Under the pieces are notes generated by a model. It had not been told where the DNA came from, did no database searches, and saw nothing but the letters and a program-made list of their open reading frames with translations. Of a DNA stretch of 64,000 nucleotides, positions 10,866 through 20,543 are shown piece after piece (the stretch's first letter is position 1; every line of letters begins with the position of its first letter). The DNA comes from Kiritimatiellia bacterium (GTDB lineage Bacteria; Verrucomicrobiota; Kiritimatiellia; RFP12; UBA1067), in the NCBI GenBank assembly GCA_027858965.1, contig JAQIBS010000018.1, forward strand, positions 18,550-82,549. The letters are read 5' to 3'. A program made the position numbers and the translations under genes.

Positions 10866-10912
10866 GATTGAAAAAAAGACTGCGGGGGAGACCTCTCAGT
10901 CTTTTTTTTATG
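10866..10912 (+). terminator. Rho-independent terminator-like hairpin (bidirectional).
   Basis: 'aaaaaaagactg cgggggagacctct cagtcttttttttt': A-run, 12-bp stem, T-run. Confidence 0.55.
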
Positions 10913-11015
10913 TTTTTTGTTGGAGATTTTCACCGCAACTGACTTGCACCCAAGCAGTGGATGAATTGAAATCCGGTTTGACTATAGCTCTTCGAATGCT
11001 TATAATTATTGCTTT

Positions 11016-11045
11016 GTTGCAGTTGCAGTTGCAGTTGCAGTTGCA
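11016..11045. repeat. Hexanucleotide simple repeat (GTTGCA)5 in the promoter/leader of the PATR gene. It sits between a TATAAT-like box at about 10998 and the RBS.
   Basis: 'gctttgttgcagttgcagttgcagttgcagttgcaattag'. Confidence 0.8.
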
Positions 11046-11103
11046 ATTAGATTTTTTGTATACAAATTGAGTGTGCGAAAAAATGAAAACTGAGGATGGT
11101 ATT

Positions 11104-14100
11104 ATGAAATTAAAGCATATGATAGTTGCGGTAATGTTGTTTGTAATGACACTTGTTGTTTGTGCGGATACATTCACATGGGATGGTGGCGGCAGTGATG
11201 ACAACTGGCTGACAAATGTCAACTGGGATCCGGATGGAATTCCTGACAATGATGGCAGTGCTGTTTTAAATTTTTCCGGTAATACACGTAACGGGCCGAT
11301 TAATGATTTTGCTGCGAATACCGCATTTGCTGGGATCAATTTGTTCAATGATGGTTCGGCTGGCAAGACAGCGGCCTTCACTCTTTCGGGGAACACTCTC
11401 ACTCTGGGAGGCAACATCTCAACAACGGGATCGTCCTCTACTATTGCTGATGAGATCAATTTGAATATGGTTCTAAGTACAAACCGTACGATTACCGCTA
11501 ACAGTTTGCATGACCTAACGGTCAACGGTATTATCAGTGAATCCGGTGGATCACAGGGATTGAAAAAAGAAGGCGGCGGGAAGTTGTTTCTTAAAGGAGT
11601 AAATACCTATTCAGGAAAAACTGAGATCAACAGCGGTACCACATATTTCTACTCGCTTAAGAATATCGGTGAGGGGGGCAGTGCGCTGGGGGCACCGACC
11701 ACGGTTGCCGACGGCACGATTGATTTAAAAGCCACACTTGAATACAAAGGTGGGGAATCTACCTCTGATCGGAGTATCAATCTGACAGGGGGGCATAGTT
11801 TGCGGAATAATGGCAGCGGTACGCTCACTTTTACGAAAGGGGTTACAGGTGTGAATCGAGGTTTTTCTGTTCGGGGTAGCAGAAATATTACAATTAACGG
11901 ACTCGTTGATCTAGGTAGTGGTGGTATTGGCCGTACAGATCCTGGTACGTTGACGCTGGCTTGTCCTACAAACTCGTTCTCCGGCAGTATCTCCATATCT
12001 GCTGGGACTATCAGTGTTGAAACTATCTCCGATAGCGGCGTGATTTCGGCTCTAGGACAGGGAACAAGTATTAATATGGGACAAAACGGCTGGAATACAA
12101 TCGGAAAACTTCTGTTCAACGGTACCGCTGGCGGTTCATGTAATCGTGCGATATCCGTTGAGGGAACGGAGGGAAGCATCACCTCTGGTGGCATCATCGA
12201 AAACTCCGTGGCCGGTAAAATGCTGACTTTAAGCGGAAATGTCGCTGTCAAAACATCCGGGCGTACGCCCCGTCTGCAGCTTATTGGTGACGGTGACGGT
12301 GAAATGAGTGGAGTGATCAGCGCGGGTATGCTCATTACTAAAAGTGGTGCCGGAACCTGGACGCTTTCTGGTGCGAATACCTATGTCGGCACTACCAGGG
12401 TATCAACCGGAACTTTGCTGATCAACGGTTCAACGGCTTCCGGCAGCGCAATCGTTGTTGATGCAGGGGGAACCCTTGGTGGTACTGGTACTGTGCATGG
12501 TGTTATCAATGCTGTGTCAGGTGGAACTCTCACACCTGGAGTCGACGGTATCGGTACGCTTACGCTCGATAATGGCAGCGCTGCTGACCTTACACTTAAC
12601 AGCAATACGATTGAGTGTGATCTTTCAAATGTTGTCGGATCTTCCGATTTGATCGCTATCTCTGGAACACTGGTTGTAAATGGAGCCAATACAATAGAGA
12701 TTGATTTTCCTGATGGGCCAGCGCCTTACGGCACTTATACAGTAATGACCTATGATGCGAAGAGCGGGTCAGGCACCTTGGCTGTCGACCAGACCTACGA
12801 CAATGTCCTGGTAACTGTCGGAGCTACAAATGTGACCTTAACGATTGTTGATACCAGCACAGTAACCTGGCAGGGCGATGGCATTGCCAATGCTTGGGAT
12901 AAGAGCACAGCCAACTGGTCATCGGGTACTTATGTTGATAATGACACTGTGCTCTTTGATGATACCGGTTCAGCTTCGCCCGATATCAATATTGCCGAGG
13001 TGGTTGAACCTTTCTCTGTATCAGTTGACTCAGATACAAACAATTACACAATCGGCGGTGCGGCTATTGCCGGTTCAGCAGGCCTGATAAAGTCCGGTGA
13101 TAGTGTGCTTACTCTGACCGGTCATAACACCTACGGTGGCCTGACCACTGTCAATGCCGGCACACTGGCCCTGAATGGAGGCTCGCTCAGCAATTCCAGT
13201 GTTAATGTTGCGCCCGGTGCAACCTTTACCGAAGATGCTGATGGTGTTATCGCCGGTGCCGGTATTGGCTTTACAGCCCGGGGTTCGTCAATACTGGCGG
13301 GGTCGAATACGTATGATGGTGTAACTACAGTGGGTGTCATTGGTACTCCAAACATCATTTTGACAGTTAGAAACAATCAGGCTTTAGGTTCCACCCTGAA
13401 TGGAGTGACCCTTTACGGAGGGGACAACTCTACGGAAAGTAGGGTTAGAATTGATGTTGACGGCGTTGTGATAAAGGATGAGACGCTGACTTTTGCAGGG
13501 TCCGGAAAACGTGCTGGACTGCAGTATTATCGTAATAGCGGTGCTGGTACCTGGGATGGCAATCTTGTTTTGGCCGGTGCCCTTTGTTATTTGAATTCTG
13601 AGTTTTATGGAGGCACTTTAGTTATTGGCGGCACGTCCGATGATACGATTACGGGCTCCGGTGGCAGTATTTCATTGCGGGGATCGGGAACCATTGTTCT
13701 TAACAGCACTATCAATATTGGAAGTGATGGCTTACAAAGAGATGACGCTGGCACATGTGTAATTAATTCCACCAGTAATACTCTAGGTTATCTCAATGTC
13801 TTGCAGGGAACATTCAAGCTTGGTGTTGAGAATGCTCTGCCCTCCACAACAAGACTGACTATCGGTAAATCCGGAAATATCGCGCATGGCAAGTTCGATC
13901 TCAACGGCAAGAGTCAGACAATTGGAAACCTGGCAGAGTTGCATAACACATCAGTAGGCGGGGGAACACAGAAGATTCTCAGTTCAACTCCGGCTACACT
14001 GATTGTCAGCAACACTACGGCGAATACATTCGGTCTGACAGGAAGCTCCATTGAAGGTGAGGTTACCCTCGTTAAGATGGGAACAGAATCCCTGACTTTG

Positions 14101-14469
14101 ACAAGCACCAACACTACAGCCGGCAGTTTTATTGTGAGCAACGGTACGCTGGTTGTCAGCTCCACCGGCAGCTTTGGCGAGAATAGCACGAATGTTACCG
14201 TGGCGGCTGGAACTCTGACATTGCAGAGTTCAGTTTCTATATCAGACAGCGCTACACTTACTATCGCTGATGGCGGTGCCAAGGTCAGTCTGGATGCGGG
14301 TGTGAACGAGAGTGTTGATTACCTGATATTGGGGGATGCTCCTAAAAGCGCCACCACCTACGGCGCTACCGGTAGTGGTGCCGCGGTGATAGACGATACG
14401 CACTTTGCAGGCAGTGGAATACTGACCGTCCTGCGTGATACATCGGGAACAATGATTCTTGTCAGATAA
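11104..14469 (+). CDS. Large secreted PATR-repeat surface protein (about 1120 aa). C-terminus is ...GTMILVR.
   Basis: The ORF begins with GTG at 11071. The preferred start is ATG at 11104 (MKLKHMIVAVMLFVMTLVVCA signal peptide) after 'gagga'. Many 'LTLSGNTL..GG' / 'GTLTLSGANTYVGTT.VS.GTLLING' repeats. Confidence 0.65.
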   Translation: MKLKHMIVAVMLFVMTLVVCADTFTWDGGGSDDNWLTNVNWDPDGIPDNDGSAVLNFSGNTRNGPINDFAANTAFAGINLFNDGSAGKTAAFTLSGNTLTLGGNISTTGSSSTIADEINLNMVLSTNRTITANSLHDLTVNGIISESGGSQGLKKEGGGKLFLKGVNTYSGKTEINSGTTYFYSLKNIGEGGSALGAPTTVADGTIDLKATLEYKGGESTSDRSINLTGGHSLRNNGSGTLTFTKGVTGVNRGFSVRGSRNITINGLVDLGSGGIGRTDPGTLTLACPTNSFSGSISISAGTISVETISDSGVISALGQGTSINMGQNGWNTIGKLLFNGTAGGSCNRAISVEGTEGSITSGGIIENSVAGKMLTLSGNVAVKTSGRTPRLQLIGDGDGEMSGVISAGMLITKSGAGTWTLSGANTYVGTTRVSTGTLLINGSTASGSAIVVDAGGTLGGTGTVHGVINAVSGGTLTPGVDGIGTLTLDNGSAADLTLNSNTIECDLSNVVGSSDLIAISGTLVVNGANTIEIDFPDGPAPYGTYTVMTYDAKSGSGTLAVDQTYDNVLVTVGATNVTLTIVDTSTVTWQGDGIANAWDKSTANWSSGTYVDNDTVLFDDTGSASPDINIAEVVEPFSVSVDSDTNNYTIGGAAIAGSAGLIKSGDSVLTLTGHNTYGGLTTVNAGTLALNGGSLSNSSVNVAPGATFTEDADGVIAGAGIGFTARGSSILAGSNTYDGVTTVGVIGTPNIILTVRNNQALGSTLNGVTLYGGDNSTESRVRIDVDGVVIKDETLTFAGSGKRAGLQYYRNSGAGTWDGNLVLAGALCYLNSEFYGGTLVIGGTSDDTITGSGGSISLRGSGTIVLNSTINIGSDGLQRDDAGTCVINSTSNTLGYLNVLQGTFKLGVENALPSTTRLTIGKSGNIAHGKFDLNGKSQTIGNLAELHNTSVGGGTQKILSSTPATLIVSNTTANTFGLTGSSIEGEVTLVKMGTESLTLTSTNTTAGSFIVSNGTLVVSSTGSFGENSTNVTVAAGTLTLQSSVSISDSATLTIADGGAKVSLDAGVNESVDYLILGDAPKSATTYGATGSGAAVIDDTHFAGSGILTVLRDTSGTMILVR

Positions 14470-14748
14470 GTGGCCAGGTCCGCGCGTAGCGCGGAGGTGG
14501 GCTGCGCCTCCATTGATGAATGATTAATGATAAATGTTAAATGATAAATGTAGCGTCAGCAATGTCCGATTTCCAATCGGACATGTCCGGTTTGAAACCG
14601 GACCTGCGTTAGCGATAGATCAATAGACAACATTTGGGGGGAATAATTCACCGTGTAACGCCGGATATACGGTGCTGCTCAGTATGTCCGCCGTTACACG
14701 GTGGACGAAATAAGCATTTAGTTATAAAGTTAAGGATGACATTTAATA

Positions 14749-16127
14749 TGAATAACCGATCTTTTTATAAGATAGCTGCGGTTATGGCAGTTGTTTTTCT
14801 GGTTGGTATGCTCGGTTCATATGCTGAAGAGGAGAGCGTTGAACTTGCTAAGCCGACATCTGCACAAATGGCCTGGCATGATATGGAACTCGGAATGTTC
14901 TTTCATTTTGATATTCCTGTTTATCAGCAGGATTGGAAGTGGCGGTCATTTAAGGACTTTCCTGACCCCGACCTTTACCAGCCCGTGAAGCTGGATACCG
15001 ATCAGTGGATGGAAGCGGCTAAGGCTATGGGGGCCAAATATGCCATATTTGTTGCGAAGCACTGCAGCGGTTTTCTGCAATGGCAATCTGATCTTTATCC
15101 CTATGGAGTCAAACAGTCATCCTGGCGTGATGGTAAAGGCGATGTGGTGGCTGAGTTTGTTAAGTCCTGTCGGAAGTACGGCATCAAGCCCGGGCTTTAT
15201 GCGTCGGTCTCAGCTAATGGATATCTACAGGTTGATAATCCGGGGTTGGTTAATCGCGGTAAGGGTGGAGATCAAAAGGCGCAGGATGAATATAATCGTA
15301 TTTGTGAGGGCATGGCAGAGGAGTTATGGTCGCGTTATGGCGAGCTAGTTGAGATATGGTTTGATGGAGGGGCTATTCCTCCAGGCAAGGGCGGACCTGA
15401 TCTGGTGCCGCTGCTAAAAAAATACCAACCCAATGCGATTGCGTTTCAAGGACCTCTGGGGATTCCTAATCTGATTCGCTGGGTAGGTAATGAACGGGGT
15501 GTGGCACCCTATCCCTGCTGGAGCTCTGCCAATGAAGGGACCGCGGAAGGAGGCACCATTGAGAAAGTTTTTGGCGGTCGTCCTGATGGGACTTTGTGGG
15601 TTCCCGGGGAGTGTGATGTTCCTGTGCGTAACCACGACTGGTTTTGGAAGCCGGGTCATGAATCAAAATTATACTCGCTGGAACATCTGGTTGATATGTA
15701 TTACAACTCAGTTGGTCGCAACTGCAACCTGCTACTTAATGCCAATATCGATACGGGTGGGTTGGTTCCGCAGGCTGATTTCAAACGTTATGTGGAGTTT
15801 GGTAATGAGATCAAACGTCGTTTCAATAAGCCGTTGGCAAAGAGCTCCGGCTCTGGTAAAATTCTTGTTTTATCGTTGAAGGCGCCTGTAAAGGTGAACC
15901 ATGTTGCCATTATGGAGGCAACAGCTGAGGGAGAACGAGTGCGTTCGTATATTGTCGAGGGGCTTTTGCCGGATGGAGGCTGGGTCGAGTTGTGCGCTGG
16001 TCAGTCGGTTGGACACAAAAGGATTCAATTTTTTGACGCGCAGACAGTCAGCGCAGTTCGGTTGCGAATTATAGAATCGGTTGGACACCCGCGGATTCGC
16101 GAACTTGCTGTTTATTATGTGGAATAG
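14749..16127 (+). CDS. Alpha-L-fucosidase (GH29) with a C-terminal F5/8 type C (discoidin)-like domain, secreted.
   Basis: 'AKYAIFVAKHCSGFLQWQS...YGIKPGLYAS...WFDGG' is typical of GH29. Start chosen at ATG 14749 (MNNRSFYKIAAVMAVVFLVG) after AAGGA. Confidence 0.7.
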
Positions 16128-16144
16128 ATTAGGGGAGAGTATAG

Positions 16145-16798
16145 ATGTTTAAAAGATTATTGGTAGCAGTTGTTAGTGTAAACATGGCCTTGTTTGCATG
16201 GACACAGAATTATTCCATGTTCGGACATCATAACAAGCCATCACCCATCTATAAAGCTGGAGAAGAGATGGTTTTTACAGTAAAGCTTCTGGATGATGAT
16301 AAGCCGGTTGCAGGAAAAATTCTTAAATGGGTGCGAACAGGGGATGATGGAAAGAGTGTGTCGGGAGAGGGTCTTTCAACAAAGGTAAAATGCTACGATA
16401 TGAAGATTGCCTGCGCCGGTAACATGCCGGTTTCCGGTTATCAGTCGCTTTGTGCCGCTGGGCTTGATAAGGATGTGACCAGCTGTTATGCCTGGTCTCC
16501 CTGGTGCTGTGATTTTGGAAGAACAGAGAAAGGTCGGATTGTGGGAGGCTGGTATATTAAATATAGTCCTGCATTGAATTATTTTGATCCTGTTAATCTG
16601 GTTAAGCACGCTAATCCGAAATGTAATCTCTTTATTATCAGCAATCTTGGCGACTATGTGTGTCCTCCTTCAGGGGTATGGATTGCCTATAACAATTTTG
16701 CTGGTCCGAAAAAGATGGAGATCAGACAGGGATGTGAACATGGGTTTAGTATGAAAAAATATCCTACGTTTACGATCAGTTCAGATAACTCCGAATAA
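16145..16798 (+). CDS. Hypothetical secreted Cys-rich protein.
   Basis: Signal peptide MFKRLLVAVVSVNMALFA. No recognisable family. Confidence 0.35.
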   Translation: MFKRLLVAVVSVNMALFAWTQNYSMFGHHNKPSPIYKAGEEMVFTVKLLDDDKPVAGKILKWVRTGDDGKSVSGEGLSTKVKCYDMKIACAGNMPVSGYQSLCAAGLDKDVTSCYAWSPWCCDFGRTEKGRIVGGWYIKYSPALNYFDPVNLVKHANPKCNLFIISNLGDYVCPPSGVWIAYNNFAGPKKMEIRQGCEHGFSMKKYPTFTISSDNSE

Positions 16799-16899
16799 AT
16801 GTGCAGTATTAGATCTGTGCCTGAGTGTAGTATTTAAATTGCCGGGGTGTGGAAATGAGAGAAGATAAATCTCACTAATAATTATATAAAATAAACATT

Positions 16900-18828
16900 T
16901 TGTGTACTAAAGTATTTAATGATAGAATTAATATCGTGGATTTAGAAATAAATAAAGTAGCAGTTTTGCGTGCTGTAGAGAATAATCCTATTTCAGAGCC
17001 GTCCAAAGGTCCTGGTACGGGAATTTTATTTACGTGTGTTAAAAAGGCAGAGTGTCTGCATTGTAAAGCTGCTGTGCCGCTGCAAGATGAAATACCTCTT
17101 TCATGGGTGCAGTGTCCTGAGTGTAAAGGTAAGGTGTTGGTGCCTGGGCTGGTGGACGGTTTTCTTTTACATGAGCGCATCGGTGAAGGTGAGATGGGAA
17201 CCATCTATCGTGCAACTGATGAATCGCTACACCGTGAAGTTGCTATAAAGGTGGTTCGTGGATGTCATATTGATGATCCGAAATCACGGGAACGACTGCA
17301 GCGCGAAGCGTGTTCCGCTGGAAGTTTAAACCATCCCCGCGTCGCTCAGGTTTATGCGCTAAATTTTTCAAATAGACATCCCTATCTGGTCATGGAGCTT
17401 GTCACTGGGATGGATTTTTATAAGAAGCTTGAGGCCGAGGGCTATATAGATGAACCCACAGTTTTAAGGATGGCTTTGGATGTGGCCGACGGCCTGTCAG
17501 CCCTTAATCGTGAACACCTTTCACACGGGGATATCAAACCCGGTAATATTGTTCTCGATCGGGATGGAAATGCCAAATTAGTTGATTTCGGGCTCTCTGG
17601 AATAACGCGTTTTGAGGATGGGGCGCTTGTGGGCACTCCGAATTACATAGCTCCCGAGCTGCTTCGGGGCAGTGTCGACACCCATCGCAGTGATATTTAT
17701 AGTTTTGGTGCCACTCTCTATCATCTGCTCTCTGGAAAAATTCCTTTTGAAGGAGAGACGTCGGTTGATATTCTGAAGGCGCGGCTCTCTCAGAATCCAG
17801 TTCCGCTTGGTACGTATGCACCTCATGTGTCGGAGCTCACGCAGTCGCTGGTGATGAGCATGATCGAATTTAACCCTTGGAAGCGTCCTGTCAGCACGGA
17901 CAGTGTAGCCTCTGAAATTAAGAAGGCTTTGGCTCAATTGGAGGAAGTTACGGCGATTAAGCTAGAGACATTAGAGGATGTTCAAGACTTTATCAAACCT
18001 CGGCACGTTGATTCAATGCAACCAACGGTTATTCATTCCAGGCGTCCTGCTATTGTTCTTTGTATTCTTTGTCTTATTGCTCTCGTTGAGTTGTTTGTTG
18101 CGATAAAGGAACAATCCTTTGCTTATACATGGGAGTGGTTGCGTCATGATGTCGGTGGCAGTATAAAAGCGATGGCGTTAGCTGTTACTCATAATAAACT
18201 TGAGCCTGTTGAGCCTGACATGACTAGCGGAGCTTATCTTCACTGGCAAAGCACAAATCTGGGTGGTCGTATTCAACGAGGCAGTACCATGCGTAGTGGA
18301 GATGTGATGGTGATTCAGGCAACCGGTGCAGGTATGTGGCAGGGTCGTGATGATTGTCGGTTTGTCTGGACGCAGGCATCAAGTAATTATGTCTTTTCTT
18401 CTCGTATACAGGAAATTGCGGATGAAAAAGACTTTGATATAACAGGACTGTTAATAAAAGGAGACGATCCTGCCATTGGTCCTGCTCTGCTATTCGGATT
18501 CCTGGGGAATGGTAAATTATTTTTACAGATTCGTAATTTGGATATTTCGAATGAGATTATCAAATGTACTGAGCCACTTGCAGTGCTTCCTGCATACCTC
18601 AAGCTTATTCGCAATGGAAATATGTTTGAAGCCATGACCTCTGCTGACGGACAACGCTGGGAACATTTTGAGGAGGTTGAATTTGATTTGAGATTAATCA
18701 ATTCAGTTGGACTGGTTGTTTCATCTGAGGATCCAAAGAGTTTAGTCTCTGCCCGATTCAGCGATATTCATTTAAGTCCACTGATTGATCCCGGCACAGT
18801 GCAGACAAACACAGTTCCTGTTCAGTAG
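16900..18828 (+). CDS. Hanks-type serine/threonine protein kinase. N-terminal zinc ribbon, one TM helix, and an extracytoplasmic C-terminal domain.
   Basis: 'ERIGEGEMGTIYRA...VAIKVV', 'HGDIKPGNIVL', 'DFGLS', 'GTPNYIAPE'. CxxC...CxxC before the kinase domain. Hydrophobic segment 'AIVLCILCLIALVELFVAI'. Start is TTG at 16900 or GTG at 16936; there is no in-frame ATG before the zinc ribbon. Confidence 0.75.
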   Translation: MCTKVFNDRINIVDLEINKVAVLRAVENNPISEPSKGPGTGILFTCVKKAECLHCKAAVPLQDEIPLSWVQCPECKGKVLVPGLVDGFLLHERIGEGEMGTIYRATDESLHREVAIKVVRGCHIDDPKSRERLQREACSAGSLNHPRVAQVYALNFSNRHPYLVMELVTGMDFYKKLEAEGYIDEPTVLRMALDVADGLSALNREHLSHGDIKPGNIVLDRDGNAKLVDFGLSGITRFEDGALVGTPNYIAPELLRGSVDTHRSDIYSFGATLYHLLSGKIPFEGETSVDILKARLSQNPVPLGTYAPHVSELTQSLVMSMIEFNPWKRPVSTDSVASEIKKALAQLEEVTAIKLETLEDVQDFIKPRHVDSMQPTVIHSRRPAIVLCILCLIALVELFVAIKEQSFAYTWEWLRHDVGGSIKAMALAVTHNKLEPVEPDMTSGAYLHWQSTNLGGRIQRGSTMRSGDVMVIQATGAGMWQGRDDCRFVWTQASSNYVFSSRIQEIADEKDFDITGLLIKGDDPAIGPALLFGFLGNGKLFLQIRNLDISNEIIKCTEPLAVLPAYLKLIRNGNMFEAMTSADGQRWEHFEEVEFDLRLINSVGLVVSSEDPKSLVSARFSDIHLSPLIDPGTVQTNTVPVQ

Positions 18829-18961
18829 ACCCAGACACGGCGAAAAACGCGAATGACGCTATAATAATTACTACATATGTTATTATCCACAAAGAACACA
18901 TAGAACGCAAAGGAAGAGAGAGTGAGAGAAAGATGGATTGCTGGTTCAACTTCTTGTTTTC

Positions 18962-19024
18962 TTGACGGCCATAGCCGGAGGCGACGGCTGTTTGTTGCAG
19001 CTTCTGAGTTATAAGCAACTAACA
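18962..19024 (+). repeat. Short intergenic repeat 'ttgacggccat...ggcgacggctgtttgttgcagcttctgagYtataagcaactaaca', copy 1. Copy 2 is at 48433-48526.
   Basis: Direct sequence comparison. Copy 1 lies immediately upstream of the 19046 gene start. Confidence 0.7.
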
Positions 19025-19045
19025 ACCTATAAAATGAGGTAAAAT

Positions 19046-20101
19046 ATGAATAGTATGAAAATATCAATAGCGTTCGCGGTAGCTATAATGGTTGCAACGG
19101 TTCAGGCGGCTCCATGCGCTCCATACACGGTACAGGACTGTGAAGGCTATAACTCCTGGCCGATGATGCAGGCCGTCGGCCGACGGCTGGTGTGTACGTA
19201 CAGTCGTGGCACCGGACACAATATCAGCGAAGGCGTGCGAGGCGTCTTCGCGCGCACATCGGACGACAGCGGCAAAAGCTGGTCCCAGGAGGTCTGCGTG
19301 GCTGATGAATCGAATTACGGCGAAGTGACCATCGGCAAGGGACTGGATGAAGACGGTGCCATGCTGTTGTGGATACGCTGTTACGGTGGCCCTAGCAATC
19401 ATCATGATCTCTACCGCACTGTGGACGGAGTGAAATTTGAAAAAATATCCACGCCGTCACTGTCGCCACTGCCCATGCAGATAACCGATATTTTTCACGT
19501 CCCGGGCAGGGGTATGATGTCGCTTTGGTTTGCCGGTTCCTACGGCACCGCTTCCGATAAATCCTGGGGCACACTCGTCAGTGCGGACAACGGGTGCACC
19601 TGGACTCAGACGACTGTCGAGAAGGATCTCTCAAAGGCCGAGTGGCCCACCGAACAGTCCGCTGTGTATGTCGGCAACGGAAAGATACTGGGGCTTGCCC
19701 GTACGGAAATTTCAGGATCTTCCGGCGGTGTGCAGTTTCAGTTGACATCGACTGACAGTGGCTTGACCTGGAAGCGCGAGAGTACCAACATCTCCGATAT
19801 CATGTGTTCTACGCCGTCTCTGGTGTATGATGCGCAGAGCGGGCTTGTAAGCAACTATTATTTCGAGCGAGGCAAGGGACTGGTCAAGCGTCGTGTGAAC
19901 GCTTTGGCTGACATCTGGTCTGCACCGACCGCATGGGCGGACCCTGAAGTTGTAGGTGTTGGCAGTGAGCGACCGTGGGATACGGGCAACGTGAATGCCA
20001 CAGTGATAGGCCGTACACATTTTATCGCCTATTACTCAGGAACAAATCCCAACACCACTGTTTATGCGCTCCCGGTGCTTGCACCCGGACGGGGCAAGTG
20101 A
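19046..20101 (+). CDS. Secreted BNR/Asp-box repeat protein (sialidase-like beta-propeller).
   Basis: Asp-box motifs 'SDDSGKSW', 'SADNGCTW', 'STDSGLTW'. Signal peptide. Confidence 0.55.
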   Translation: MNSMKISIAFAVAIMVATVQAAPCAPYTVQDCEGYNSWPMMQAVGRRLVCTYSRGTGHNISEGVRGVFARTSDDSGKSWSQEVCVADESNYGEVTIGKGLDEDGAMLLWIRCYGGPSNHHDLYRTVDGVKFEKISTPSLSPLPMQITDIFHVPGRGMMSLWFAGSYGTASDKSWGTLVSADNGCTWTQTTVEKDLSKAEWPTEQSAVYVGNGKILGLARTEISGSSGGVQFQLTSTDSGLTWKRESTNISDIMCSTPSLVYDAQSGLVSNYYFERGKGLVKRRVNALADIWSAPTAWADPEVVGVGSERPWDTGNVNATVIGRTHFIAYYSGTNPNTTVYALPVLAPGRGK

Positions 20102-20178
20102 CCGCGCAGAAAATCAGCTTGTGGCGTGTAGCTTGTAGTTTGTAGTTTACTCCGCATTTTGCTACCCGCTACAGAGTA

Positions 20179-20255
20179 CAAGCATCCTGCAATAGTAAAG
20201 CAAGCATCCTGCTTGCCTCAATAATAAGCCAAGCAGGATGCTTGGGTTACTTTTT
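20179..20255 (+). repeat. Hairpin repeat element, copy 2, plus an upstream partial copy. Followed by a T-run, so it may act as a terminator here.
   Basis: 'caagcatcctgc aatagtaaag caagcatcctgcttg cctcaataataagc caagcaggatgcttg ggttacttttt'. Confidence 0.65.
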
Positions 20256-20543
20256 AATATACTCATTTTCATGCCATTATTGATGGGTGTCATCTATTAT
20301 GAGTCAACCACTGCATAATTGTTGCTTCTGTTTTCAACCTTCAACACATATTATCAGATACGAGCCCGACGAGGCTCTGTAACCCCAACGGTTTGGCCTC
20401 TTTTCTATTCTTAGGTTTGACCCTAAAATGCATACTCTGTCTGATACAGATTTCAGGTGCACTAAATCGCAAAATGCGCCCATGTGCGCTGTACCTTAAA
20501 GATTATCCTTGTAGGAGAGGTGGGTAATCGATAAATTCATAAT

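Noticed and set aside
10864-11070. 68-aa ORF ending in LQLQLQLQ
   Set aside because: It is generated by the (GTTGCA)n promoter repeat and overlaps the terminator hairpin. Spurious.
14470-14520. Terminator after the large PATR gene (ccgcgcgtagcgcgg / ggaggtgggctgcgcctcc hairpins)
   Set aside because: The hairpins are present but there is no following T-run, so they are not called as an intrinsic terminator. They may be structural or regulatory.
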